Origin: a virus
IMG/VR virus record: IMGVR_UViG_3300047408_000023
Location: 1-47,068 of that record
Direction: 5' to 3' (one strand)
DNA length: 47,068 nt
Below, one piece after another: positions 1 to 9,414 of the stretch. The notes beneath the pieces were generated by a model. That model was not told the DNA's origin and did no database searches. It saw only the letters and a program-made list of their open reading frames with translations. Positions within the stretch are counted from its first letter, which is position 1. Every line of letters starts with the position of its first letter. Both the position numbers and the translations under genes were made by a program.

Positions 1-127
1 GACATAGGATAGGACAATGATTATCACAGTTACACTTCTACTTCTATTAGCGGCGTTCGGTTGTATCATGGCCCATGTAATCAAGGGTCTGCCACTGTGG
101 ATAGGAGTATTACTGATGCTAATCGTC
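1..127. repeat. 127-bp terminal direct repeat, identical to 46942..47068 (circular-assembly overlap or short terminal redundancy)
   Basis: The first 127 nt reappear exactly as the last 127 nt of the window. Confidence 0.9.
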
Positions 128-157
128 CAGCTTCTTGCTGTAGTTCCACTTAAGTGA
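17..157 (+). CDS. small hydrophobic membrane protein, 46 aa, two predicted TM segments (below the ORF-track cutoff)
   Basis: ATG at 17 after AGGA; translation MIITVTLLLLLAAFGCIMAHVIKGLPLWIGVLLMLIVQLLAVVPLK; TGA at 155-157. A second, truncated copy starts at 46958. Confidence 0.5.
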   Translation: MIITVTLLLLLAAFGCIMAHVIKGLPLWIGVLLMLIVQLLAVVPLK

Positions 158-158
158 C

Positions 159-232
159 GGGCCATTAGCTCAGTTGGTCAGAGCAGCAGACTCATAATCT
201 GATGGTCCTAGGTTCAAATCCTAGATGGCCCA
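159..232 (+). tRNA. tRNA with CAT anticodon (elongator Met, or Ile2 if lysidine-modified)
   Basis: 74-nt cloverleaf. Acceptor GGGCCAT/ATGGCCC, D stem GCTC/GAGC, anticodon stem GCAGA/TCTGA with loop CTCATAA, T stem CTAGG/CCTAG with loop TTCAAAT, discriminator A. G1-C72 is paired, so it is not an initiator. Confidence 0.9.
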
Positions 233-339
233 TACCAAATCAAGGAGGGTGTAACGGATGCGCTACTAGTAAAAATAACAAACCAAACCGAACCTTAACG
301 CAACAAAACAAAACGCAAGATTAGATTGTGGAGTGTGCT

Positions 340-714
340 GTGAAACTCAGAATTACACGCGACGACTTTCTCAAGGGTAAGCTGGTAGAGCCGGGTTGGT
401 ATATGGTCAACGTGGCCGATATCACTGAGGAGACTTCCAAGAAGGGAGACTCACAGAACTGGCGCGTAGACTTGCAGATTCTTGAGGATGGTCCGTTCAA
501 GGATGTCAAGGTAATGAAGGTGTTCAATGAGAAGGCACCGGGTATTGCCATCCCATTCTTCACTGCCATGAATGGTGGTAAGGACATTGAGGCTGATAAG
601 GAATATGACTTCTCAGCTTGCAAGGGTCGTAAGCTCCGTGCTTACATCGGTAACAAACTCTACGAGAACCGTCAGATTAACGAAGTTACGGACTTCCGTC
701 CGGTCGGAGCGTAA
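340..714 (+). CDS. DUF669-like phage ssDNA-binding protein (putative)
   Basis: ORF 328..714. GTG at 340 has GGAG 5 nt upstream; GTG at 328 is the alternative start. The pattern PGWYMVNV..EETSKKGDSQNWRVDLQIL resembles DUF669 SSBs that accompany Sak4-type ATPases. Confidence 0.5.
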   Translation: MKLRITRDDFLKGKLVEPGWYMVNVADITEETSKKGDSQNWRVDLQILEDGPFKDVKVMKVFNEKAPGIAIPFFTAMNGGKDIEADKEYDFSACKGRKLRAYIGNKLYENRQINEVTDFRPVGA

Positions 715-720
715 CCAGCT

Positions 721-897
721 ATGAAGTATTTCGCTAGCACTGAGCCTACTAAGGAAGAAATCTCAGAGGAAATCATCAATCAGGCTGAGGAAGCTGAGGA
801 AGCTGATGATGATTCTGATGATGATGATGACGATGATGATGACGACGATGAGTCTGATGACGAGGATGATTCAGACGACGATGACGACGACGAATAG
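721..897 (+). CDS. extremely acidic 58-aa protein with a poly-Asp/Glu tail
   Basis: ATG at 721, TAG at 895-897. Translation MKYFASTEPTKEEISEEIINQAEEAEEADDDSDDDDDDDDDDDESDDEDDSDDDDDDE. It is followed by an intrinsic terminator. Confidence 0.6.
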   Translation: MKYFASTEPTKEEISEEIINQAEEAEEADDDSDDDDDDDDDDDESDDEDDSDDDDDDE

Positions 898-912
898 TCT
901 GTAAGACTTTAC

Positions 913-951
913 GCCGGAGTTGAGACTGACCATCTTGACTCCGGCATTTTT
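913..951 (+). terminator. rho-independent terminator
   Basis: GCCGGAGT(tgaga)...(tcttg)ACTCCGGC stem of 8-13 bp, followed by ATTTTT. Confidence 0.7.
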
Positions 952-967
952 CTGTTAGGAGAATCAA

Positions 968-1387
968 ATGTATAGGAGACTTCTACTAGTATTGCCTATG
1001 CTGTTGTTTACTGGCTGCTCTGCTCTGTGTGGCTGCACAAAAATCTATCAGGATGCTAGCCCTACAGGACCAACCAAAGTTGAGCCTCCGGTGCCAGTAG
1101 TAACTTCACATCTAGTAGAGTTTAGAGTTACTGGAACTGTGAACATAACTACTATCACATCTAGTGATACTAACGAGGGTGTCAGTATCGTAACCACTGG
1201 TATACCTTGGTTCCAACAGTTCAAGATTACTAAGGATACGTTCCTATATCTTGATGCACAATCGTTTGAGTTTGGTGTTCTCCACGTTCAGATATATGTA
1301 GACGGTGCGCTATTCAGGGAAGCATTTACTACCAATGGTAATGCTCCGAAGATTGCAGTCTCTGGTCAGTATCACGTATCAAACTAA
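968..1387 (+). CDS. lipoprotein (signal peptidase II lipobox LFTGC)
   Basis: N-terminus MYRRLLLVLPMLLFTG-C; RBS AGGAG upstream; sits just after a terminator. Confidence 0.75.
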   Translation: MYRRLLLVLPMLLFTGCSALCGCTKIYQDASPTGPTKVEPPVPVVTSHLVEFRVTGTVNITTITSSDTNEGVSIVTTGIPWFQQFKITKDTFLYLDAQSFEFGVLHVQIYVDGALFREAFTTNGNAPKIAVSGQYHVSN

Positions 1388-3861
1388 TGACTGACCTAAA
1401 GCATGTTCCCGGCGAGGGTAATCCTAACGCTAGCCTAATGATTGTAGGTGAAGCACCGGGATACTATGAAGACATAGAGGGCCGTCCATTTGTGGGACCG
1501 TCCGGCGCGCTACTAGATAGTATCCTACAGTCTACAGGCATCAGCCGGGGTGAGGTCTATGTTACTAACGTGGTCAAGCATAGACCTCCCCGTAATGACC
1601 TGTCCATGTTGGGTGTAATAGGTGTAAATCTCAAAGAACAAATTGAGAATCTTGAAAATGAAATCCGGGGAATCCGACCGAACTGTATTCTGGCGTTGGG
1701 TAATCTGGCACTGGCAGCAACTACGGGCAAGACTCCTATCCCTAATAACCTTAAGGCACTGAGTGGAATACAGGAGTGGCGTGGCTCTATACTGTGGTCA
1801 GATAAACTTGGACTGAAGGTAGTTCCTAGTCTCCACCCTGCTGCTATTCTACACGATAGAGATTCAGAGAAGGGTGCCATGCCCTATTGGTGGCGCTCTA
1901 TCATGGAGCTAGATTATGCACGAGCACTCCAAGAATCTCAGTCGAGAGTCTATGATATACCGGCCCGGAATATCATCATTTGTAAAGACTCCTCTACTCT
2001 ATATCGTCATCTACAAGCAAACCGTGGCAGGAAGTGGGTATCAATCGACATCGAATTATATAGAGGAATTGTTTGCTCAATCTCTCTGGCATTCAGTCGT
2101 AACACGGCTATCGCAATTCCACTTCTTAATGTGCCTGCCAAGGGGTGGATACCTATATCGGACAGGGAACTCTGTCACTTCTGGAGAATGCTGGATGAGT
2201 TCTTTGTTTCTCAGCCACAACTCCAGACTATTGGGCAGAACTTTAAGTTTGACGAGGAGAAGCTGAGATATGGTTGCGGCATATACACTCCCAGATTGGG
2301 CCGTGACACTTCTCTCATGGTTCACAATATTCTACCTGGCTTCCCTAAATCTCTATCTTTTCAAACTTCTCTTTGGACCCGACAACCATACTATAAGTTG
2401 GAAGGAAAAGAGTTTAATCCAAAGCGCGATAATTTTGAACGCTTTCTTAATTATAATGGCCTTGATGCTTGTGTCACTTTCGAGTGCGCCGAAGAACTAG
2501 AGAAGGAAACTATAGAACTACAGGAACAATACCCTACCACTAATCTAGTAGAGAGGATGAACTCATTCTATCCTGCACTACACTACATCTACATGGACAT
2601 AGAACGTGAGGGGCTGAGACTAGATAAGGTAGAACAGAATAGATTGTTGCATATGTATGATGCAATGATAGCTACACAGCAGAGGATACTAGATGAACTA
2701 GTCGGGCATCCTTTGAATGTAGCTAGTCCTAAACAAATGTCTCATGTATTATATGAGGAGCTTAAGATTCCACGCCGGGCCGGAACTGGTGAGGAAGTAT
2801 TAGTAGCACTTCTAGCTAATGTGGTGAAAAAAGATGAACGCAAACGAGGAGTCCTTACAAATTCTCTTGAGCTACGAAGAACTAGAAAAGCTCGTGGAAC
2901 TTACATCGGAGTTAGACCAGATTATGACGGGCGGGTCAGAACAGCCTGTAACATTGGGGGAACAGAAACAGGTCGCTCTACTACGAGTAGCCTCAAGCCG
3001 CCACTTAGACCTAATAAAATGGGTCTTGCTTTTCAAACCCTCTCCAAGCACGGAGAGTCTGGAATCATAAGGCAGATGTATATACCCGACGATGGGTATG
3101 TATTTATGAACTGGGATTTAGAACAAGCAGAGCCACGTATCGTAGCCTTACTCTGTGAAGATTATGAAACCCTTGAAGCCTTTAATACTATCGACATCCA
3201 CGCTCTCACAGCTAGCTGGATTTTTGGTGGAACTTGGGAGACTTGGAGAAAAACACCAGATGGGGAACCCAGCGAACGATTTATCGGCAAGACCGTTAGA
3301 AACGCTGGAAACTATGATGCTCAAGCACGGACTCTCATGCAGTCAATTAACACTGACGCAAAAAGGTTTGGAATTGATTTGCAAGTTTCGGAGTATAGGT
3401 GTGGCGAGTTCCTCAAAGCATTCCATAAATATAACGATAAGATTCGGGGAACCTTCCATAGTGGAATTAGAGATTGCATAGATAGAGAGAAGGCACTAAT
3501 CAATCCATATGGCAGGCTCATTAGATACTTTGAGCCGGGCAGCCCATCGCTAGATAGAGAAGGCTTTGCTTGGATACCACAATCTACCGTTGCGGATAAG
3601 ACCAAGCATACACTGATAGAGGTCAAGAAAGATATACCTGACATGCGTATAGTGATAGAGGGACACGATGCTATAACTGCGCTAGTTCCTAAGAATGAAA
3701 TAGAAGCCTATGATGTGGTAGTTCGTAAGCACTATGAGACATCTATCAATTTCAGCAAGTGTAGTCTAGCAAGAGACTTCGACCTAGTGATTCCTGTCGG
3801 TTGTGAGATAGGAGAAAAGAACCTTTATGAGATGAGGAAGTATAGAAAAAAGGCGGCGTAA
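1387..3861 (+). CDS. family-A DNA polymerase with N-terminal family-4 UDG-like domain and 3'-5' exonuclease domain
   Basis: UDG motifs GEAPG..PFVGPSG and HPAAIL. Exo motifs SIDIE, NFKFD, YNGLDA. Pol motifs DLEQAEPR, KTVRNAGNYD, EGHDA. Confidence 0.85.
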   Translation: MTDLKHVPGEGNPNASLMIVGEAPGYYEDIEGRPFVGPSGALLDSILQSTGISRGEVYVTNVVKHRPPRNDLSMLGVIGVNLKEQIENLENEIRGIRPNCILALGNLALAATTGKTPIPNNLKALSGIQEWRGSILWSDKLGLKVVPSLHPAAILHDRDSEKGAMPYWWRSIMELDYARALQESQSRVYDIPARNIIICKDSSTLYRHLQANRGRKWVSIDIELYRGIVCSISLAFSRNTAIAIPLLNVPAKGWIPISDRELCHFWRMLDEFFVSQPQLQTIGQNFKFDEEKLRYGCGIYTPRLGRDTSLMVHNILPGFPKSLSFQTSLWTRQPYYKLEGKEFNPKRDNFERFLNYNGLDACVTFECAEELEKETIELQEQYPTTNLVERMNSFYPALHYIYMDIEREGLRLDKVEQNRLLHMYDAMIATQQRILDELVGHPLNVASPKQMSHVLYEELKIPRRAGTGEEVLVALLANVVKKDERKRGVLTNSLELRRTRKARGTYIGVRPDYDGRVRTACNIGGTETGRSTTSSLKPPLRPNKMGLAFQTLSKHGESGIIRQMYIPDDGYVFMNWDLEQAEPRIVALLCEDYETLEAFNTIDIHALTASWIFGGTWETWRKTPDGEPSERFIGKTVRNAGNYDAQARTLMQSINTDAKRFGIDLQVSEYRCGEFLKAFHKYNDKIRGTFHSGIRDCIDREKALINPYGRLIRYFEPGSPSLDREGFAWIPQSTVADKTKHTLIEVKKDIPDMRIVIEGHDAITALVPKNEIEAYDVVVRKHYETSINFSKCSLARDFDLVIPVGCEIGEKNLYEMRKYRKKAA

Positions 3862-3862
3862 A

Positions 3863-5068
3863 ATGTCATGGCTATCAGATATAATGAAGGCCACTGACTA
3901 CGCCGAGACACCTCATAGCTTCATTAAGTGGGGAGCTTTGAGTGCGCTTAGTGCAGTAGTGGCTCCTAATGTTTTCTTGGACAAAGTTTTCTACAAACTA
4001 TCACCTAACTTATATGTGATGTTGCTTGCACGTTCCGGCTTGGGTAAGGGATTCCCTGTAACTCTAGCCAAACAGTTAGTAGAGCAAGTGCATTGCACGC
4101 GGGTGATAGGTGGCAGGAACAGTATACAGTCTGTGTTACAGAATCTAGGTCAAGTCAAGTCACAAGTAAATGGGACAATCCCATTCAAAGATTCCAGAGG
4201 CTTTCTGGTTAGTGGTGAGTTTGCAGACTTCATCACGTATGACCCACAAGCCTTACTAATCTTGACTGACCTGTATGATACACACTATACATCAGACTGG
4301 AAGAATACAATGAAGGGTGCAGGGGTTGACATACTTAAGAATCCATGCATTACAATACTCGGTGCTAGTTCCCCCGTTCACTTCAAGAATGTGATACCGG
4401 AGTCTAGCATAGGTGGTGGATTCTTGGCACGGACTCTACTAGTCTATGAAGAAAAGCGTAGCAGAATCAACCCACTAACAGAGCAGCCTACGAATGTATT
4501 CAATATTGCAGAGCTAGCTGAATACCTCAAACATGCAGCAAAACTAAGAGGCGAGTTCGCATGGACTAAGAGTGGTAAGCTAAGGTTTGAACAGTGGTAT
4601 ACTGAGTTCAGGGGCAGGGATGTTCAGGATGATACAGGAACTATAGAGAGACTACATGACCATGTGCTTAAGGTAGCCATGCTACTTCAGATATCTGTAG
4701 ACATGGACAATCTAGTTCTTGGTGAGGATGTAGTTCAAGAGGCTATAGAAACAGTAGAGACACTAGGCATCAATGCTAAGAAGAACTTCCTAGTTGATGG
4801 CAAATCTGCCAGCAAGGAACATATTGGGATAGTTCTCAAGCAACTGTTCAAACAAAAGGAATTCCAGATTACCAGACCTGTGATTCTCCAAAGATGTTGG
4901 GGTCACATGAATGCACAGGAGCTAGATGTAGCAATGATTACTTTACAGCAAATGAGTTATGTGACAGAATTGTCTATCAGGAATGTGACTACCTATAGAC
5001 TAACTGAGCGGGCCATAAAGCATTTCCTGTCTGAAGCTACACATCTAGATGAGGATACAGTTCAATGA
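3863..5068 (+). CDS. P-loop protein, DUF3987-like (possible helicase or primase-associated)
   Basis: MLLARSGLGKGF P-loop-like motif after a hydrophobic N-terminal region; located directly after the polymerase. Confidence 0.35.
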   Translation: MSWLSDIMKATDYAETPHSFIKWGALSALSAVVAPNVFLDKVFYKLSPNLYVMLLARSGLGKGFPVTLAKQLVEQVHCTRVIGGRNSIQSVLQNLGQVKSQVNGTIPFKDSRGFLVSGEFADFITYDPQALLILTDLYDTHYTSDWKNTMKGAGVDILKNPCITILGASSPVHFKNVIPESSIGGGFLARTLLVYEEKRSRINPLTEQPTNVFNIAELAEYLKHAAKLRGEFAWTKSGKLRFEQWYTEFRGRDVQDDTGTIERLHDHVLKVAMLLQISVDMDNLVLGEDVVQEAIETVETLGINAKKNFLVDGKSASKEHIGIVLKQLFKQKEFQITRPVILQRCWGHMNAQELDVAMITLQQMSYVTELSIRNVTTYRLTERAIKHFLSEATHLDEDTVQ

Positions 5069-5286
5069 TAATCGAGTTTGAGGATAAGTATGGACGTAGT
5101 GTTATCGTTGACACAGAGTTCATCTGTGCCCTAGTGGAGAACGTAGAGTATACTGCTACAGGAGATAACACTACTAAGAAGGATGGAACGTGGAGCGTAG
5201 TAATGTCCAACGGTAATTTCTTTTGGGAAGTTACTACAGAGATGAAGGATAAAATCTACGAGGTATGGGAAGAACACAATGGCTGA
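5065..5286 (+). CDS. hypothetical protein
   Basis: ORF with ATGA overlap to the upstream gene. Confidence 0.6.
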   Translation: MIIEFEDKYGRSVIVDTEFICALVENVEYTATGDNTTKKDGTWSVVMSNGNFFWEVTTEMKDKIYEVWEEHNG

Positions 5287-5476
5287 GACTGATAAGGAAA
5301 TCCTGCGGGATGAACATATCAAGATTGTAGAGAAGTGTCAAAACAAAGGTCGAGGACTAACTGAGTGGGAAAGTAATTTCCTTCAGTCAATCCTCGACCA
5401 GATGGGAAACGGTAACTATCTATCTAGCCGACAGTCGGACATCCTCTATAGAATCTACGAGGAACGAGTTGACTAG
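5279..5476 (+). CDS. hypothetical protein
   Basis: ORF with 8-nt overlap to the upstream gene; last gene of the rightward block. Confidence 0.6.
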   Translation: MAETDKEILRDEHIKIVEKCQNKGRGLTEWESNFLQSILDQMGNGNYLSSRQSDILYRIYEERVD

Positions 5477-8400
5477 AATCCCTTTATTTCCTTTGCTAAC
5501 TGTCTGCCCCATATTGGCACTCCCTGTCTCACTACCGCCCTAGTCAGGGGTGCGCCTATATCCTTGTCTAGATTCCCTGCCCCTATATCCTGTATTGCAT
5601 TCCATCCACTCTCTCCAGCGCCAAGACTCAAGTCTAGTGCAGTATCTACTGAGGGTCCAGCAAGCTGGCCTAGTCCTCGTTTCATATCTCCACTAGCCAT
5701 CGTATGAACTGCATCTCCTATAAGCCCTATACCGTAGGCTTGGGATGCATTATCTATATATCTCAGAGCTAGATTAGATGGGCGTCCTGCTAGTGTCCCA
5801 TGCCTAAGTAGTTCCTTGATATCAGCAGGAACCTCACCAAGCACACCAGATGCCATAGCTAGTTTCAGAGTAGGATTTATCTTGCCATGACTCAAATCAA
5901 GAATCATAGCATCCTTTATATTCTTACTCTGGATGAACGCATACTTCTTGAACTGAGTAAGTAGATTAGCTGTTGGATTATTGCTCCAAGCATGTGGCAA
6001 ATCCAACACATTCTGTCTACCCTGAGTCAAGTCAGTAAATCTACTAGCTGCTCTCTTAGTCTGTGTCTCAGTAAGTTTATCCTGTGCTAGCAAAGTCTCA
6101 GGCTTCTCAAGTGTAAGCTCACTCAGACGTTCAGCAGCATATGCATTATCTGGATTCTGCTTAAGCTGTTCAAAGAACTTGTTAGCAGTCTTCTCACCAG
6201 CCAGTCCTGATACAGTTCTGAGGAAATTCTCTACTGAGGTATTACCCCAGGATATCTTAGAGCCATATCCTATATCCTCAGCAGCATCCTTCATAACACT
6301 CTCAAGACTACCAAGTTCCTGTGCTCTGAGTTTACCTTCAGTAGTGAATGCCTTAGCTATCTCAGGAAGTAGACTTCCCTTAGCCCTAGCAAATGATGCA
6401 GTCAAACCACCCATTAAGTTGGACGGCGCAGACAATGCTAGCTTAGTCATAGCTTGGAACTTAGTGAGTCTGTTCACACCCTTATCTACATTCAGCTTTT
6501 CTTTACCCAGATATTTCTCGACTATATCACTAGCCATCTGCTTGCCTTCACCGCCAGACTCTGCACCTACTTGGTCTATCAGTTGGTTGATTTTAGTTCC
6601 TACACCACTGGTATCATTCACACCAAAATGCTGGTCTGTGAATGCACGTTCAGCCAAGTCTAGATAGTGCTGGTGCATTACGTCTATGCCAGTCTTATAG
6701 CCTTGTATGTTGGCTGTTCTCTCATGTAGTGAATCACTCATTGTAGGACTAAACTTCCTAGCCCTATCAAGTAGATTCTCTGCCTGAGAGAAAGTCATCT
6801 TACGTTCAGCAGCTATCTGGTTGATTATCTTAGTTCTATTCTCCTCAAAGAATCCCTTCTCAAAGATATGAGGGAAGTAGTTAGACAGAGCCTCGAATGG
6901 GACTAGCTTACCAGAGGCAGACTTCATCATAGAACCTGACTTACGCATCAGGTCTAGGAGTTTAGCTTCATTAGCTTTGTAGACATCTATATACCTACGG
7001 ACCTGCATATCCGTAGTCTTAGCCTTACCCTCTATTACTTGATGGGCTGTGGTTATTTGTTCTTTAGACAAACCATCAGCGGCCCTAGTCAAATCTGCTG
7101 ATAATCCACCGGCAAATCCTGCGGCATCTGCATCTATCTTCCTAGCTGTTAGGTCAATTTCTGCACCAGCCGGACCAAGACTCTTTAGTCTATGACTATT
7201 AGACTGTCCAATCTTTCCCCATAGTCCACCAACATCCTTAGCTGCTTCCTTAGTCTGACCTATAACTGATGGGTCAACAGGAGCGTCAGCCTTGAGAGTA
7301 GCGGCAGCAGCCTTAACCTCAGGGTCAAGACTCTGATTGGCTATATCATCTACTACGCTAGTAAAGCCACCCTTCTCACCCATCGAGAATCCACCACGTC
7401 CTGATACTGCACTAGTAGGTGGAGATTCTAGGATTGGTGGCAGCCCACCTCTAACTGGCATATTTACAGATGGACTAAATCCAGCGCCGGACTGTGGCTC
7501 TGTTGTATTAAATCCACTAGATGGCGGTGGCTCCAGATTTGGCATCGGGTCATGTAATCTTCTAGTAGCATCACCCGGAAATTGTGATACCTCACCTATA
7601 GGAGATGGTTCTGGTGGGGCAGCAGGAGGCCCAAATCCAGTATCTCTAGGTCCAACAGATACCGGCCCCGTAGGAGGCAAGTCTAGAGATGGGGGCACAC
7701 TAGGAGGCATGTCACCTAATGGGGTAGCCTCTGGAGGCACAGCCAGTCTAGGAGCAGGTATAGGCTCGACGGATGGCAATTCTTCAGGTGGCCTCTCTAG
7801 GACTCCACCTTCAGCCAGTGGTCCCAAGTCTGCACTGACCTTCATGCGCTTGACATTAGGTGCAGTGGTAATCTCAGGTAGACTAGGCTCCGGCGTAGGC
7901 TCAGGCTCTACCTTAAATCTCTCAGGCGTCATAGCCTCAAGCCAAGACTGTGCTCTCCTAGGCCAGAGAGATTCTGGTATAGTCCTATAGAGTGCAGCGT
8001 CTGGGCCTTCTGGTAGACCCGGAACCATTTCACCTCTACCCTTTACAGGAGCACCAGTCTTTCCTCTATTCTTACGGAATGCTTCTATATCCTTAGACGC
8101 TGCTGTTCCCTCATCAAATCCCATCCTAGTAGAACCGGGTTCAGCAGGTTGCTGAGGGAATGTAGAAGAAGTCATAAATCTCCTGACACTCTCAGGAGTC
8201 GGACTATCTCTCCTAGCATTCTCAGCAGCTATCTGTGCTCGTATAGCAGCATCCTTCTCAGCATAGATTCCAAATCCTGATGGCTGGTCCTGAGGATATA
8301 GAAGCTGCTCAGGATTCCTAGCCATCCTCATAGCAGCAGCTAACGTAGTATCAGCCGCACGATTAGTCGGGTTTATATCAGGATAAGTCTTTTCCGTAGC

Positions 8401-9405
8401 TGCCGGGTCGCCACCTTCTACATACGTCATAGAGTGTGGTTCAGCAGTAATGTCAGGTATAGGCTGTCCCCTAGAATCTAGACCCCTCAATACACTAGCC
8501 CTATGTTCAGGGTCTATCCACGGTGGTGCTAGTGCATCTTCACCATACGATGCATCACCAGTATCATACTTAGGTGTAGTGGCATTAGCTCTAGCTTCAG
8601 CTATACCAGCAGCTTCAGCCGCAGCCCTAGCACTAGCTTCATTAGTAGCTCTTACTCTCTCCCTAGCATTACCTGCCTTGACTCTCTCACCAGCAGAGTG
8701 AGCACCAGCTAATCCGACAGCCCCCATTAACTGACCGCCAGATAGGTTAACTTCTCTAGGAGATATAGGAGTATCTGTCAGTCCTGCTGCATATGCTGCA
8801 CCATGACCTACATTCCATAATGCGCGTAGAGGAACAGGAGAGAACATTCCTGCTCCTTCTTCAGCAGCACTAGTAGCCATTCCTGTAGCATCACCTGCAT
8901 TAGCTTGGTCCATGAATCTTCTAGTAGTTCCCTCTAGACCCTGATATCCTGGGACCATAGACTTAGCTATGTCAGTTCCAGCATTCCAGATATTATCTAG
9001 TGGTTTGCCTTCGTTAGTAGCTAGTCTCCTAGCTGATTCTATAGCAGCTTCAGGAACTCTAGGAGTGAAAGTGTTCTTTAGAAACTCTGCTGTGCTCTTA
9101 CCAAAATCGAGTAGACCTTCGCCCTTTTCTTTCCAATCCTGCCATGTAGCCGAAGTATCTGTGACTGGCTTAGGAGGGTCGAAAGAACTAGACTCCGCAG
9201 TATGTCTGTTAGGGTCAGTTATCCACTGATGTGCTCGGCGCTTCTCTACTACTTGGTCAAGAAAATCCTTCTTAGTCTTAATCGTGCTCATGTCGAAAGT
9301 GTAGACAGTTCCATCGTCGTCAGCTAGGTCCATCAAATTGGCTTCCCTAGCTGCTTCTTCATCAGGAGATGGCAGGTTGATATCTCTACCTCTAGGAAAT
9401 GGCAT
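5473..9405 (-). CDS. large virion protein, 1310 aa, putative internal/ejection protein with a Pro-rich central region
   Basis: Longest ORF and last gene of the late operon. Long P/G/S-rich low-complexity segment. No catalytic motif recognised. Confidence 0.55.
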   Translation of the reverse strand: MPFPRGRDINLPSPDEEAAREANLMDLADDDGTVYTFDMSTIKTKKDFLDQVVEKRRAHQWITDPNRHTAESSSFDPPKPVTDTSATWQDWKEKGEGLLDFGKSTAEFLKNTFTPRVPEAAIESARRLATNEGKPLDNIWNAGTDIAKSMVPGYQGLEGTTRRFMDQANAGDATGMATSAAEEGAGMFSPVPLRALWNVGHGAAYAAGLTDTPISPREVNLSGGQLMGAVGLAGAHSAGERVKAGNARERVRATNEASARAAAEAAGIAEARANATTPKYDTGDASYGEDALAPPWIDPEHRASVLRGLDSRGQPIPDITAEPHSMTYVEGGDPAATEKTYPDINPTNRAADTTLAAAMRMARNPEQLLYPQDQPSGFGIYAEKDAAIRAQIAAENARRDSPTPESVRRFMTSSTFPQQPAEPGSTRMGFDEGTAASKDIEAFRKNRGKTGAPVKGRGEMVPGLPEGPDAALYRTIPESLWPRRAQSWLEAMTPERFKVEPEPTPEPSLPEITTAPNVKRMKVSADLGPLAEGGVLERPPEELPSVEPIPAPRLAVPPEATPLGDMPPSVPPSLDLPPTGPVSVGPRDTGFGPPAAPPEPSPIGEVSQFPGDATRRLHDPMPNLEPPPSSGFNTTEPQSGAGFSPSVNMPVRGGLPPILESPPTSAVSGRGGFSMGEKGGFTSVVDDIANQSLDPEVKAAAATLKADAPVDPSVIGQTKEAAKDVGGLWGKIGQSNSHRLKSLGPAGAEIDLTARKIDADAAGFAGGLSADLTRAADGLSKEQITTAHQVIEGKAKTTDMQVRRYIDVYKANEAKLLDLMRKSGSMMKSASGKLVPFEALSNYFPHIFEKGFFEENRTKIINQIAAERKMTFSQAENLLDRARKFSPTMSDSLHERTANIQGYKTGIDVMHQHYLDLAERAFTDQHFGVNDTSGVGTKINQLIDQVGAESGGEGKQMASDIVEKYLGKEKLNVDKGVNRLTKFQAMTKLALSAPSNLMGGLTASFARAKGSLLPEIAKAFTTEGKLRAQELGSLESVMKDAAEDIGYGSKISWGNTSVENFLRTVSGLAGEKTANKFFEQLKQNPDNAYAAERLSELTLEKPETLLAQDKLTETQTKRAASRFTDLTQGRQNVLDLPHAWSNNPTANLLTQFKKYAFIQSKNIKDAMILDLSHGKINPTLKLAMASGVLGEVPADIKELLRHGTLAGRPSNLALRYIDNASQAYGIGLIGDAVHTMASGDMKRGLGQLAGPSVDTALDLSLGAGESGWNAIQDIGAGNLDKDIGAPLTRAVVRQGVPIWGRQLAKEIKGF

Positions 9406-9414
9406 GATATCCCC

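Noticed and set aside
776-967. 63-aa His/Arg-rich ORF on the minus strand.
   Set aside because: It is the antisense reading of the GAT/GAC-rich poly-Asp gene 721..897 (ATC/GTC read as His-rich codons). It has no RBS, runs through a plus-strand terminator and opposes the local operon direction.
5473-5476. Convergent genes sharing the palindrome CTAG as both stop codons, with no terminator between the early and late blocks.
   Set aside because: The observation is real but probably just compact genome organisation. No hairpin is visible, so there is nothing further to claim without transcript data.
5473-9405. The 1310-aa protein considered as a tape measure protein (siphovirus or myovirus).
   Set aside because: There is no adjacent tail tube, chaperone-frameshift or sheath gene. 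The gene is distal to the fibres rather than between the tube and the baseplate. The Pro-rich disordered centre is unlike helical tape measure proteins. This remains only a moderate-confidence rejection.
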